DNA of 64,000 nucleotides from Amphiscolops sp. MND2022 (Eukaryota): NCBI GenBank assembly GCA_964187785.1, contig OZ076409.1, positions 89,282,001 to 89,346,000 of the forward strand, read 5' to 3'. Shown piece by piece: positions 50,501 to 62,912 of this stretch (position 1 is its first letter; each line of letters starts with the position of its first letter). The notes under the pieces were generated by a model. It saw only the letters and a program-made list of their open reading frames with translations, ran no database searches and was not told where the DNA came from. The position numbers and the translations under genes were made by a program.

Positions 50501-50957
50501 TCAGAAAAGTGTTGAAGGTAAAATCAACTCTATTCTGTCTCTATCGGAAACAAATGACGTCATTTTTGAAAGACTTCGTTGCGGCAGCTTTATTGGATCT
50601 GCGATTATGGAGACTCAAGATCCGAAAGACAGGTTAGAGATGTTGAAAAGAGTTTTGGTCACTAACAATCAAAAGCAGTTCGAATGCCTTGGAAGATCTC
50701 TTCGTGACAAGGAATTGACGACCGAGGAGCAACAGATGGTTAAATACATGAAGTTAATGGGCCATTCTTTCTCAATGGAGGACATCCAAATTGTTATCGA
50801 ATTTCTAGAAATACTTAATGCTTTCGCTTGGTCAAGCTCCTCTCGGAAGTCTGATGTTCTAGAAGCTGTCAACTTTATACCAAGCATTGGCTATGAAGTT
50901 CCAAGGTGGTCCAAAATTTTCCGGAAATTAGTTGACGTTTTTCAACAACCAAGGTAG
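44435..50957 (+). CDS. NERD/PD-(D/E)xK-like nuclease fused to an SF1 helicase; exons 44435-44610, 46999-47405, 47694-47958, 48335-48555, 49438-50957 (~862 aa; may splice at 50953 to a further exon)
   Basis: Phase-compatible GT-AG introns. Nuclease-like FEVDWMLM...IAEVG...KIDQ; helicase motifs GEAGCGKTT, LIDEF, RTYRSP, FTGSEFQNV and SAITRA. Confidence 0.75.
44975..45050 (+). other. Possible tRNA-derived SINE head
   Basis: A-box-like TGGTTGCAGAGTCGG and B-box-like GAGTTCAATTCC; no clean cloverleaf. Confidence 0.35.
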
Positions 50958-51719
50958 AGACTCTTTTAATGGCTAGTTTTTCTCGTCAAATAGCGTATCA
51001 TTCACTGAATGGAAAAACAACTTCTGTGAATTGTTCAGATGATTTCGCGGAATTGAATGTACCTGGGGACCCAAATCAGTTAAAAAATCTATTTCGTTTG
51101 ACGTTTTGATGCAATTTTGTAAAATTTCTTTGCAATTTTGTGGATCATAATAGTGAAATTTATTAATGACAAACTAACTAGTTATCCGATACGGTTTTTT
51201 GAAAAGACAACTGCAAATTCGTGTCAGAAAAGCCTCTAAAAATGACCCCAAAAAGTTTTTTAAAAAATAAAATTTTCTATGTTTTTGTGAAAATTGATCA
51301 CTTTTGTGAATTAGAATGTTCAAAACCTTCAAAGACGAAAAACTAGTTACCCCGGATGTTAGAAAAGTGCTAGAAGCAATCCCAAAAGATGACGATTCCA
51401 ACCAAGCTCGTTAAATTGAGAAATAGTTTGAATTTTTTGGATTGAGGAATACTTGAAATAATTGAATTCCGGTTAAAATCTTTCGCATCGCCTTGAACGT
51501 TGAAACAATTGGCTATTCAGTTCGCTTTTTATTTTCCGCCCATATTTCATATGGGAAGGTAAGTATTTAAGACAAACGGTTTTTTTAAACAAACGAAATT
51601 TATATTCATTTAAACGAAACATTTAAACGAAATTTATATTCACCTTAAAGGGTGTTACCCATAGAATTCAACTCACGTAAATTTAGCTTCATGCGATATG
51701 TATTTGAAGAGATTTTTGG

Positions 51720-54290
51720 ATTTTTTTGGGAATGACGAAAATGACCCCATAATGACCCAAAATGACCCCGAAAATGACCAAACTTCAAGACTTTCCCAAT
51801 TTTCAACGTTTTTATGCAATTTTTGTCATTTTTTCGATAGATATCGTGGATTAGAATGTTGAAAACGTTCAACAAGGCACGAATTCGTTGTTCAATAGTC
51901 TTCTATGAAGAGATAAATGCGGTTTTTAAAAAAGAAAAACTACCCCAAAAATAACGAAAATTCCAAAATTTTTCGTTTTTTAATGTTTTCATGCAATTTT
52001 TGTCAAACTTTCCATAGACTTCGTGGATTAGAATGTTGAAAACGCTCAAAATGGCAGAAACTCGTTGTCCAGTAGTCTTTTCCGAAGAGATAAATGCTGT
52101 TTTGTAATTGAAAAAATCTCAAATTGGAACCGAAATTGACAAAAAACCAAAATTTTCCAATTTTCGAAGTTTTCATGCAAATTTTGTAAAATTTTCGACA
52201 GACTTTGTAGATTTGAATGTTGAAAAGAGTAAACAAGGAACGAGCTCGTTGTCCAGTTAACTTTTATGAAGAGATAATTGCGGTTTTCAAGTTGAAAGAA
52301 TCTCAAATTGGCACCGAAATAGATAAAAATTCTAGACTTTTCGAACTTTCAGTTTTTACGCAGTTTTTGTCAAATTTTCGATAGACTTCGTGGATTGGAA
52401 TATAAAAAAGGGCAACAAGGAAAGAGTGTGTAGTTCAGTAGGCTATTCCGAAGAATTAATTGAGGTTTTCAAGTGAAAAATATCTCAAATAGGCACCGAA
52501 ATAGACAAAAACCCAAAGTTTTCGAACATTCAAAGTTTTTATGCAGTTTTTGTCAAATTTTCGATAGACTTCGTGGATTAAAATGTTGAAAACGCTCAAC
52601 ATAGCAAAATTTTGTTGTCCAGTAGGGTTTTTCGAAGATTAATTGTGGTTTTCATGTTTAAAAATGTCTCAAATAGGCACCGAAATTGACAAAAAACCCA
52701 AAATTTTCAAATTTTTGAAGTTTTTGAGCAATTTTCAACAATATTTTCGACAGACTTTGTAGATTGGACTGTTGAAAAGAGAACAAAAGGAACAAATTAG
52801 CTGTCCAGTAGTCTTTTATGAAGAGATAATTGCGGTTTTTATGTTAAAAAATATCTCAAATTGACACCGAAATAGACGAAAACCCAAAGTTTTCGAACAT
52901 TCAAAGTTTTTATGCAGTTTTTGTCAAATTTTCGATAGACTTCGTGGATTAAAATGTTGAAAACGCTCAACATAGCAAAATTTTGTTGTCCAGTAGGGTT
53001 TTTCGAAGATTAATTGTGGTTTTCATGTTTAAAAATGTCTCAAATAGGCACCGAAATTGACAAAAAACCCAAAATTTTCAAATTTTTGAAGTTTTTGAGC
53101 AATTTTCAACAATATTTTCGACAGACTTTGTAGATTGGACTGTTGAAAAGAGAACAAAAGGAACAAATTAGCTGTCCAGTAGTCTTTTATGAAGAGATAA
53201 TTGCGGTTTTTATGTTAAAAAATATCTCAAATTGACACCGAAATAGACGAAAACCCAAAGTTTTCGAACATTCAAAGTTTTTATGCAGTTTTTGTCAAAT
53301 TTTCGATAGACTTCGTGGATTAAAATGTTGAAAACGCTCAACATAGCAAAATTTTGTTGTCCAGTAGGGTTTTTCGAAGATTAATTGTGGTTTTCATGTT
53401 TAAAAATGTCTCAAATAGGCACCGAAATTGACAAAAAACCCAAAATTTTCAAATTTTTGAAGTTTTTGAGCAATTTTCAACAATATTTTCGACAGACTTT
53501 GTAGATTGGACTGTTGAAAAGAGAACAAAAGGAACAAATTAGCTGTCCAGTAGTCTTTTATGAAGAGATAATTGCGGTTTTTATGTTAAAAAATATCTCA
53601 AATTGACACCGAAATAGACGAAAAACCAGAATTTTTAAACTTTCCAAGATTTTGAAGTTTTTGCCAAATCTATAACAGACTTCGTGGACTGGAAGGTTAA
53701 AACGTCTCAACAAGGAAAGAATTTGTTGTTCAGTAGGCTTTTCCGAAGAGCTATTTTTAGTTTTCAATATTAAAAAAGTCTCAAATAAGCAACCCAAAAC
53801 TGACAAAAAACCCAAAATTTTCCAATTTTTGAATTTTTTACGCAATTTTTAACAATATTTCCGACAAACTTCGTAGATTGGAATGTTGAAAAAAACAAAC
53901 AAGGAACGAGTTCGTTGTCCAGTAGTCTTTTATGAAGAGATAATTGCGGTTTCCAAGTTGAAAAGTATCTCAAGTGGCAGCGAAATAGACAAAAAACCCA
54001 AACAATTCGAATTTTCAAAGTTTTTATGCAGTTTTTGTCAATTTTATGACAGACTTCCAGATTGGAATGGTGAAAAGGATCCACAAGGAAAAAGATTGTT
54101 GTCTAGTAGTCTTTAATGAAGAGATAATTGCAGTTTTCCATTTGAAAATTATCTCAAATTGACACCCAAAATGAGAAAAAATCCAAAATTTTCAAGTTTT
54201 CAATGTTTTTATGCAGTTTTTGTCAAATGATCGATATACCACGTGGACTAGAATAATAAAACCTCTACACAATGGAAACACTGTTTATTT
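51720..54290. repeat. ~185-bp satellite array with a 371-bp higher-order dimer repeated about 3 times
   Basis: The ATAGAC(A/G)AAAA anchor occurs at 52501, 52872, 53243 and 53614. Same family as 4730-5900. Confidence 0.92.
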
Positions 54291-54319
54291 CAGTGAGCTA
54301 CTTGGTTAATAATACCAAG

Positions 54320-57060
54320 CTACTTAATACTAGAATCAACTTGGTTGGAATTAACAAGACTCGTAAGAAGTTGAATATTACGATTTGTGATTTCATCATA
54401 ATCTTGTATTCCCTCTTTAATTGATTTTTGCAGTGTCTTGCTACTTTCTTGAATAGCCTGTGTTTGATTTTCTATTGCTTGTACTGTTGTTTGTGAAGCT
54501 GCGCGGGTAGAATCACGTAGTGCTTGTATTTGTTTTTCGGAAAGTTCTTGTTTAAATGTTACGGGTTTAAAAACTTCATCCATATCGAAAAGAAAATCTT
54601 GCTTCCCTACTTTCTCTTTTATTCTTTCTTTGTGTAGTAAAAATTTTGTTTCTTGCAAATTTTTCAATTTTTCTATGTCCTCCCGATTATGAATTGAAGA
54701 CATTTATTAAATTTATTTATTGAAAAGAACTAGTGGATTTTCCCCAGATACAGGCCTTTACCCGACAAACCTTTACCCGACAGACCTTTACCTACTTTAC
54801 CCGACAAACCTTCAGCTTTGTATAACCCCTTCCCTTGATGAACAAATTTAATAACGTCGGGGGCAGTTGCAGCAATGAGTTTTGGATTTTTACTTGCTGC
54901 TGCAGTTCCAATATTTATGCTATTTCCAATGCGCGGCCTGGATTATTGAATTATTTCTTTCCAACGTTTTTGGCTGCAGAACCCAAATGTTTAAAGAAGT
55001 CACCCAATCCTTCCCCATTCATTGATCTATCGGATACAATTAAACTTTTATTTCTGCTACACATCATGCAGGTGCCCCGTAACATTTTACATTATTGTTT
55101 CTAATATCTCTATAAACATTTGTGGTGGGGGAATAATGTTTTCCACCAACACAATATGAATTATTTTTAAATTTATTGAAACTCATTTATTTTTATTAAA
55201 TCTCAGTTGAATAATTAAATCTAGATAATTTGAACTGTAAATGTTAATGTCTCCCCGTTGAAATCAACTCTGTCGTGGCTGGAGTCTTCGAGGAAAAATT
55301 GGTCGGTGTCCAGTCGTGTTTTGTTTATCTTTTTATACAAAACAGTTGTGGGTCCTTTTATTGTTTTATATCCGGGAGGTGCGCTTAAATTAAATGAAAA
55401 TATAATTTGTACTTGTATACCATTAACAATTGAACCATCTACACAATCACACTTCAGATGAACTTTGTCTGTGGTTGTTATCATAACTGGTTTTTCTGAA
55501 GTGTGAGTTCCTGCTTGGTAACCTTTAAGTGCAAAACCCAAAAGAATGTTAAGTCTGGAATTAAAATAAATAGGGTTTGAGGTTGTTAAAACTGATTTCA
55601 TTGATATTGTGTCGAGTACTATGTTGAATTTACAATCATAATCACTTTCATAAATTTTTTGTTTAATAGCATTATTTATATCAACTAGTTCATTAACTCC
55701 TGGTGTTAGTTGTATTCCAAAGAAATCGTTTTCAATAATTTTAAAGGGGGTAAATTTGTTTGATTTATTTGGTTTTTTCATCCTCTTGATTTTCTTGGGT
55801 TGTTTCCTCCCAAATTATTTCCTCTCACTTTATTTCCTCCCAGTTTATTTTTGCATGTTTTAGGTGGTTTTTGTATGCTTGAATTATTCTTTCCTGATTT
55901 TCTTTTTCTTGTTTTTTTTCTTGCTTTATTTCTTGCTTTATTTTTTCTTGATTGAGGCGCTCTTTATATATTTGATTAAGTGATTCAATTATCTTTGTTA
56001 AATAGGTAAAATCTACTCTAGTAAGTTTCTTCTTTTTAGAATAACTATTAGTTATTAACTTATTAACCTTTTCTATGAATTCACTATTCTTGTAAGGTTT
56101 AACAAAATAGGCTTTGTATAAATCTTTAACAAACACTAATAATTCACTGTCAAGGTTAAGTTCTTTGAGTTGTTGATCATTCAGAACAATCTCTAGTTTG
56201 TTATTGCTGTTAGTGATATTATAAACTGTATTATAAACTTCTAAACTTGTTACCCCCATCATCCATTTTTAATTTAATTGGAGAAGAACATCGAATGAGA
56301 AAGATTCTTTTTTAAATTCTAGAGTTTCTTGTGGTTTAGAATGAGTATTTTCAACAATTTCTTGATTAGACTTTGCAATACTTAAAAGAAGAGATTCTTT
56401 TTATCATATGTTACGACGGTTGATAGATCCATTTATTATAGATTAAATTGTTTGAATCCACTAGCAGCTATGTTGTTAATAAATACTTGCCTTTCTTTTG
56501 ATAATATTTTTTTATGCGAAGCGCCTTCGGGATTCTTATTCGCGAAGCTACGCGGATTCGGATTATTTTTATGAGATTGTATAATTTTATATTGAACTGA
56601 ATAATTATTAATTTTCTTCATTTATTAAGTTTGAAAGTTTGATAGTATAAATTTAGTACTGCATTTTTGAAGCCTGTTATTTGTGTGAGATATAAACATA
56701 TAAACAATACGCTTCACAATAGCTATCATTTTTTTGAATTTGATATTCTGAATAGATACTTTTTTCAATTTGATTCTCAATATTAGTTGGGGGTGGGCAT
56801 CCAAATGAATCAAAATAATTTTGATTAGTAAACATAACCCAGTGTGTTCCTTTAGTTGGATGTAAGTTAACTATTCCTGCTGTAGTGGTAAACTTATCAT
56901 CTCTCATGTATATCCCGGTTGAGTTTAATTTGAGTATGTCTAGGTTTTCTTTTGTTTTGACATTAGAAGTTGCTTCATTTTTTAGTCTGTATTTCTAAAC
57001 AAATTCTTTGAATGAGAGATATTGACATGACAAATAATTCATTTATTAGTTATTTTTCAT
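54320..57060 (-). mobile_element. Polinton/adintovirus-like module, copy 1 (degenerate): adenain-like protease, small ORF, minor capsid, Zn-domain/amphipathic protein, coiled-coil ORF
   Basis: GIVNL..KGTHWV..YFDSFGCPP..IQ..SYC (56625-57028); VHLKCDCVDGSIVNG..FSFNLSAPPGYK (55221-56432); YCVGGKHYS (55186). Frameshifts present. Confidence 0.8.
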
Positions 57061-57141
57061 TGTTATGTGTGGATACTCTATAACTTTTGTTCCTGACGTT
57101 ATGTCAAAAATCGTGTTCCGTTGAGATGTTTGGCAACTTGT

Positions 57142-57267
57142 CTTAACGCAAAAGCTTAACGCGAAAGCTTAACGCGAAAGCTTAACGCAAAAGCTTAACG
57201 CGAAAGCTTAACGCGAAAGCTTAACGCAAAAGCTTAACGCGAAAGCTTAACGCGAAAGCTTAACGCG
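57142..57267. repeat. 13-bp minisatellite (AAAGCTTAACGCG/A), about 10 copies
   Basis: Seen directly; the variant order is A,G,G repeated three times. Confidence 0.95.
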
Positions 57268-57425
57268 GCTTCCGTCGACCGACACTATATTTCATGTGCT
57301 ACAGACGTCCACCGCTCGCAAATTAACTACACAAGATTTTACCTCCCACTGGTTAATTCACTATAGAGCTCCAGTTTATGTAACACACAATCTTACCCCC
57401 TCCACTAATGGTGAAATTAAAATAT

Positions 57426-57515
57426 GCTTTGTCGCGGACTCGAACACGTGTGCTAGGAGTGTGAAGCTGCCTGAACGTAAAATTCCAGTGGTCTAACCAC
57501 TGAGCCATTGGAACC
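57426..57515 (-). other. tRNA-derived SINE-like head
   Basis: Minus strand reads GGTTCCAA-TGGCTCAGTGG (A box)...GTTCGAGTC (B box). Confidence 0.55.
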
Positions 57516-57729
57516 AAATTTATGTCCACGCCAGGTGTTTATATTGCATTGCTTTTACATTGCATTACTTTTACACACCAACACACACACCATAGAAGTT
57601 ATTTTTTAGTTGTGAAAAAAGACTAATTTTAATGATTTGTTTTGGAAAAATGCCTCTAAAAGGGGGAGGGTTTGGGGCTTTTGAAATTTTTTGTTGCTTG
57701 GCCCGAATCGGCATTTCGCTTACTACTGT

Positions 57730-58130
57730 TGGGGACCCTTTTATGAAAACAAATTTTCGGAAAAAGTCTCACAATGCCGAAAAAAACTGAAAGGGAGGAC
57801 CCTTGGGGGATTTTCGAACATCCATTCTGTCGCAAAACAGCAAAAAAATTGAAGGGGGACCCTTTGTGGGAAACTTTTTTTTCGGAAAAAGTCTCACAAT
57901 GCCGAAAAAACTGAAAGGGACCCTTTGGTCTCGCCCGGTATGGTATGTTACGCGAGAAAACAGGAAAAACCTTTTTGGTTCAGTTCGTTATGCCAAATGG
58001 TGCAATTTGGTGCAATATTTTGTAGAACTTTTGTAGAACTATTTTGGTCAGTTCAGGTGGTCTTAAAAAACACTGACGAAAAGCCATGACTATAGTCGAC
58101 TCTTTTTTAAAGAAAAGCGCCGACTAAAAA
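57730..58130 (+). repeat. Interspersed repeat family, also present at ~27020-27320 and ~43640-43940
   Basis: Shared GGGGACC, CACAATGCCGAAAAAA and TTTTGTAGAACT...TTTTGGTCAGTT blocks. Confidence 0.7.
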
Positions 58131-58417
58131 TGATTCTCATATCACACTCTTAATTTTGTCACTTTAACTTCAGGCAATGTTTTCTAAAACCGTTTGTATG
58201 TTTGTATGAAAAATGTAATGCTACGAACCCCTTTTTTGTCATTGAGTTGCGTGGAAGGAATTCTGTTTTTCTGGGTATAATGATAGAACATAGCAAAAAA
58301 TGCAGTTTGAAAAATAAATTCTCTAATCCTATAATATGAGATTTGAGCAAAAAATATCGAATTGAGGATATGGTTGGATGTGAGTTTTTGTTTTCCTTGA
58401 AATTTTGGATCACCCAG

Positions 58418-58685
58418 TGATCTTGATATTCCGGAACATATCCTTTCTACTACCACTGACAAACCCACGCTCACGTCCGCTGTTTGGAAACATGCATTTG
58501 ATCTAGTTGGACCCGATGGGCAAATTGACCTTCTCAGAATTTTGCAGGAGCGTTTTCGGAAGAGTCCAGAGCAAGCACGATTGATTCTGGAATATGTTGA
58601 CGTTGACAAAGTCGAACGGATAGTGAATTTCATTCTAAATCTGTACCCTCAGTACACGGGGAAAGTCAAAAGCATTAAAAAGTAA
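58418..58685 (+). CDS. Probable terminal coding exon, possibly of the nuclease-helicase gene
   Basis: Open 88-codon stretch (DLDIPEHILS...KSIK) after a CAG acceptor. Its phase matches the donor CCAAG|GTAGAG at 50953. Confidence 0.5.
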
Positions 58686-59715
58686 ATCATTTTCTTTCCG
58701 AATTTACTTTGCTTTAGAATGCGCTTAACGTGTTGACATGCAGAACTGCAGAACTACGGAGTAGTATGCGAATTACCGATTCAGATACAAAATTTTCAAA
58801 TATAAATAGACAACAAAAACAAGCATATTTTCACGGTATATCATCAAAATTAGCGTTTTTTCACTACTAAAAAAATAACAAAATGAAAATCAAATAACAA
58901 ATTTTTCAACTAGAAAATTTTGTCAGAAAAAAATGCACTAACCTCTATAGTAGTAATAAGTGTAATGCAAAATGTTTATACCGAACGCGTATTGAAAATG
59001 GAAGAAATGAAAAGTGTAATATGTGCAATTCAATTCATTTCCATTGACAAGATATGTAGTGAAGTGTCACTTACATTTCACACTCGAGAAACATGAAAGT
59101 AGATCAAAGCATTCAAACCACATCGGAAATTCTGATAATTTCAGAAATTATTTGAGTTTTGGTTTTGATTTGAATTTTGGTTTGCATTTTTGTTTCACCG
59201 AGTATAAATTCCAAGCAAGTTATTTCACGACTTAGTGAATTATACCTAATCTTAATACATGGTAAATTATTTTTTGTTTAATATCTCAACGGGGAAACAA
59301 TTTTAGACAAAATTCATAGAAACAAAACTTGTAGATAATCAAAAGTTACACAAATTTTGGAACTGAACGTTTTTCTGAAATCAACGCACTAATCACCAGG
59401 TGCCAAAACAGGTGTGAAAAATGGGTTTTTCAAAAATTTCTCGAGACTGACTCATCCAAGCGCTTTGACACAGGAGATCAAAATTGTTGATAACAACAAG
59501 ATACACTTTTTTCAAAAAGAATGTTTTCTGTATCTTGGACCCACTGATTACCACCTGCTCCAACAGGTGTGAAAAATTGGTTTTTCTCATTTTAACAATA
59601 GTACAGCAAAGCTGGCTTTGCATAAAAAACTGAAATCGATGAAAATAACTGAGACACGCGAAGCGCCTTCGGTAAGCAAAGCTTAGAAAAAAATTTCAAC
59701 AAAATTTTTTTCCTA

Positions 59716-62700
59716 AATGAATTTTTTTTCATTCAAAGAATTTGTTGATATGTATGGATTAAAAGATCAAGCAACCTCCAATATTAAAATAAAAGAAGTT
59801 CTTGATTAACTAACAATCCCAGCAGGAAATTACATGAGAGATGATAAGTTACCACTACGGCAGGAACAGTTAATTTACATCCAATTAAAGGAACACACTA
59901 CACTGGGTTGCGTATACAAAAAAAAACTATTTTGATTCATATGGATGCCCACCACCAGTAAATATAACAAAAAAAATTAATACGCAAAGCACGCGAAGCG
60001 CCTCCGGTGCCTCCGGAGGAGTTACTTATTCAGAATATCAAATTCAGAAAGACGACAGTTATTGCGCAGCGTATTGTTTAGATGTTTTATATCTTACATA
60101 AATTTTAGGCTTTTAAAATGCAGTTTGAAATTTATACTATCAGACTTTTAAACCTAATAAATGAAAAAAGTTAAAAGTTATTCAGCTCAATTTAAAATTG
60201 TGAGTCCCAAAAAACCAAGTCAAAATTCAAACACGCAAAGCGCCCTCGGTATGCAAAGCACCTTCGGTACACAAAGCGCTTTCGGTAAACACGCGAAAGC
60301 TACTAAGAAAACACTATCAATACAAACCCAAGAATTTATAAACAACATATCTGCTAGTGGATTTAAACAATTTAATTTATGAGCAAAACTTAGAAAAAAA
60401 GGAATTTTTTCTCCTAAAAAATGGATCATTCAAACTTTGTAACTTATGATAAAAAGGAATCTCTCTTGTTGAGTATTGCAAAATCTAATTTGGATATTGT
60501 TGAAATACCTTATCCAAAACTCAGGAAACTTTAGAGTTTAAAATGAATAAACAAAAAGAAACTTTTTCATTCGATATTCCTGTGGAACTGCCTGAACAAT
60601 GGATGATGGTAATAACAAGTTTGGAAGTATATAAAACAGTTTATAAAATAACTCCCATCAACAATAAACTTAAAATTCTTCATTAAGATGAACAACTCAA
60701 ATCAATAAACATTGACATTCAATTAGTAATGAATGTTGAGCATTTATATAAAATCTCTCATATAGAAAAAGTTAATACATTTATGGTTGATAGTTTTTCT
60801 AAAAAAAGAAACTTACTAAAAACGATTTTGACAAACTAAAGAAAATAATAAATCAAAATGATAAAGATAAAACAACTACTATTATTCCCGAATCTGGAAT
60901 TGGAATTGGTTTCTTTGAAACTAAATTAACACCAGGAGTATATGAATGGATATAAATAATGTCATCAAGCAAAATTTTTCTGATTCTGATTTTGGTTTTG
61001 AACTTAACATACAAGCAGATACAATATCAATGAAATCAGTTTTAACAACTTCGAATCCCATACATTTTAATTCTGAACTTAACATCCTTTTAGGATTTAC
61101 AAATATTGGCTACCCAGCAGGAACTCACATATCAGAGAAATCAGTTATGAGAACAACCACAGACAAAGTTCATTCTAAGTGTGATTGTGTAGATGGTTCA
61201 ATTGTTAATGGCACACGAGAACAAAGTTTACTTAGTTTTAATCTTAGTGCTCCTCCAGGATACAAAATTATAAAAGAACCCAATATTGTTTTGTATAAAA
61301 AAATATACAAAACAAGGTTAGACAAGATACAGGATTGTAATCATAACCCAGTAGATTTCAATGGGGAGACATTAACTATTACAATTCAAAATATCAAGGT
61401 TTAATTTAAATGCGAAGCTTAGAAAAAAATGAAAATTTGTTTTCTAATAAATGAGTTTCAAGAAATTTAAAAATAATTCATATTGTGTTGGTGGAAAACA
61501 TTATTCCGCTACCACAAATATTCGTGGAGATATTACTCAAAATAAAAGAACTGGAGCAACTGTTAAGCTATTACGTGGTACTTGTGTAACGTGTAAACGA
61601 AATAAGTCTTTTATAGTATTTGATCAAACTATACAAGCAGAAGGATTGGGTGACTTCTTTCGTTCAATAGGAAAAGCGGCCGAAAGTGTCGGAAAGAAAA
61701 TCTTAAATAATCCTGGAAAAGCATTAAAGCTAGCAGCAAACATTGGAACTGCAGCAGCAAGTAAAAATTCTCGAATGATAGCTGCAACTGCTCCTGATAT
61801 TATAAAGTTTGTTCACCAAGGAAAAAGCCTGTACTTGGGTAAAATTCAGTAATCAAATTTAAATTCAAAATTATTATGAATAATAAATAATTTAGGAGTT
61901 CAATTCATAATCGAGATGATTTAGAAAAATTAAACAAATTGCAAGAAACAAAATCTTTAATAAACGCTGAAAGATTAAAAGAGAAACTTGGGAAGCAAGA
62001 CTTTCATTACGATATGAAAGAAGTTTTTGAACCTGTTACTGTAAAACAGGCTGAAGCTACTAAAAACCAGAAACAATTACAAGAAATTGGCCAACAAACC
62101 GCAACTATTGAAAATCAGACAAGAGCAATACAACAATCCAGCGATATTTTAAATAAAAGTTTACAAAAGTCAATCAAACAGGGAATACAAGATTATGATG
62201 AAATTACGGCTCGTAATAATCCGCTTCTTACGAGTCTTGTTAATTCCAACCAAGTTGTTTCTAGTATCGTTAAGACAGTTTCTAATTTGCTTAATGACAA
62301 AAACAAAAGTCATATTGGTTTAGAACCTCTTACGCAATTCGGTGAAGGTAATCCAAATTTATTCATAATTAACCCCCATAATCCGCAACAACTACTACTT
62401 AAAGTTTCAACACTGATCTCCTTAAGCAATAACAAAATGTATAATTTAAATGATCCGGGTCTTTCAAAACTTATAACTAATACACAACACAAATAACATT
62501 AAAAATATAGGTATTAAATATATAAATTTTTACGTGATATGAATTACGATATAAATTATGGGGATAAAAAATCAAATAGATTTAAATTCATTAAACGTTC
62601 ACTTCAATCCTAAATATGAAGTGGATTAAAACAGTTTATTTTCCTTCCATCAGATTCAGATGAGCTTGTAGATCAATTCAAACTACTATATTTTGAAAAA

Positions 62701-62860
62701 GTAGGAGGTAATGATACTCGAAAAAGTAGGAGGTAATGATACTCCTATGCTTAGTGAACAAATCATGGCAATTACAGATAAGCTCCTGGAATATGAACGC
62801 ATTACAACAAATCAACATCAAAACTTGCAAAGCACCTTCGATAATACAAACTCCTTCAGT
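59716..62860 (+). mobile_element. Polinton/adintovirus-like module, copy 2 (degenerate), same gene order as copy 1
   Basis: Protease 59716-60130; small ORF 60161-60382; minor capsid 60421-61404; 61451-61852; coiled-coil ~61890-62610; FLPSD.DELVDQ.KLLYFEKVGGND ORF ~62630-62860. Confidence 0.8.
61451..61852 (+). CDS. DUF5679-like Zn-binding domain followed by an amphipathic (cupiennin/pVI-like) helix
   Basis: YCVGGKH...LRGTCVTCKRNKS then AEG-LGDFFRSIGKAAESVGKK; intact 133-aa ORF. Confidence 0.6.
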   Translation: MSFKKFKNNSYCVGGKHYSATTNIRGDITQNKRTGATVKLLRGTCVTCKRNKSFIVFDQTIQAEGLGDFFRSIGKAAESVGKKILNNPGKALKLAANIGTAAASKNSRMIAATAPDIIKFVHQGKSLYLGKIQ

Positions 62861-62912
62861 TGGCTTGCACGCTTTGCAAGCGCAGCTCCTTCGGTGTGTG
62901 TTTCGGCTTTTA

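Noticed and set aside
57142..57267. CRISPR-like array
   Set aside because: The 13-bp units are contiguous with no unique spacers, the context is eukaryotic, and no cas genes are present.
62695..62744. 25-bp tandem duplication (GAAAAAGTAGGAGGTAATGATACTC)
   Set aside because: A simple frameshifting duplication in a decaying viral ORF.
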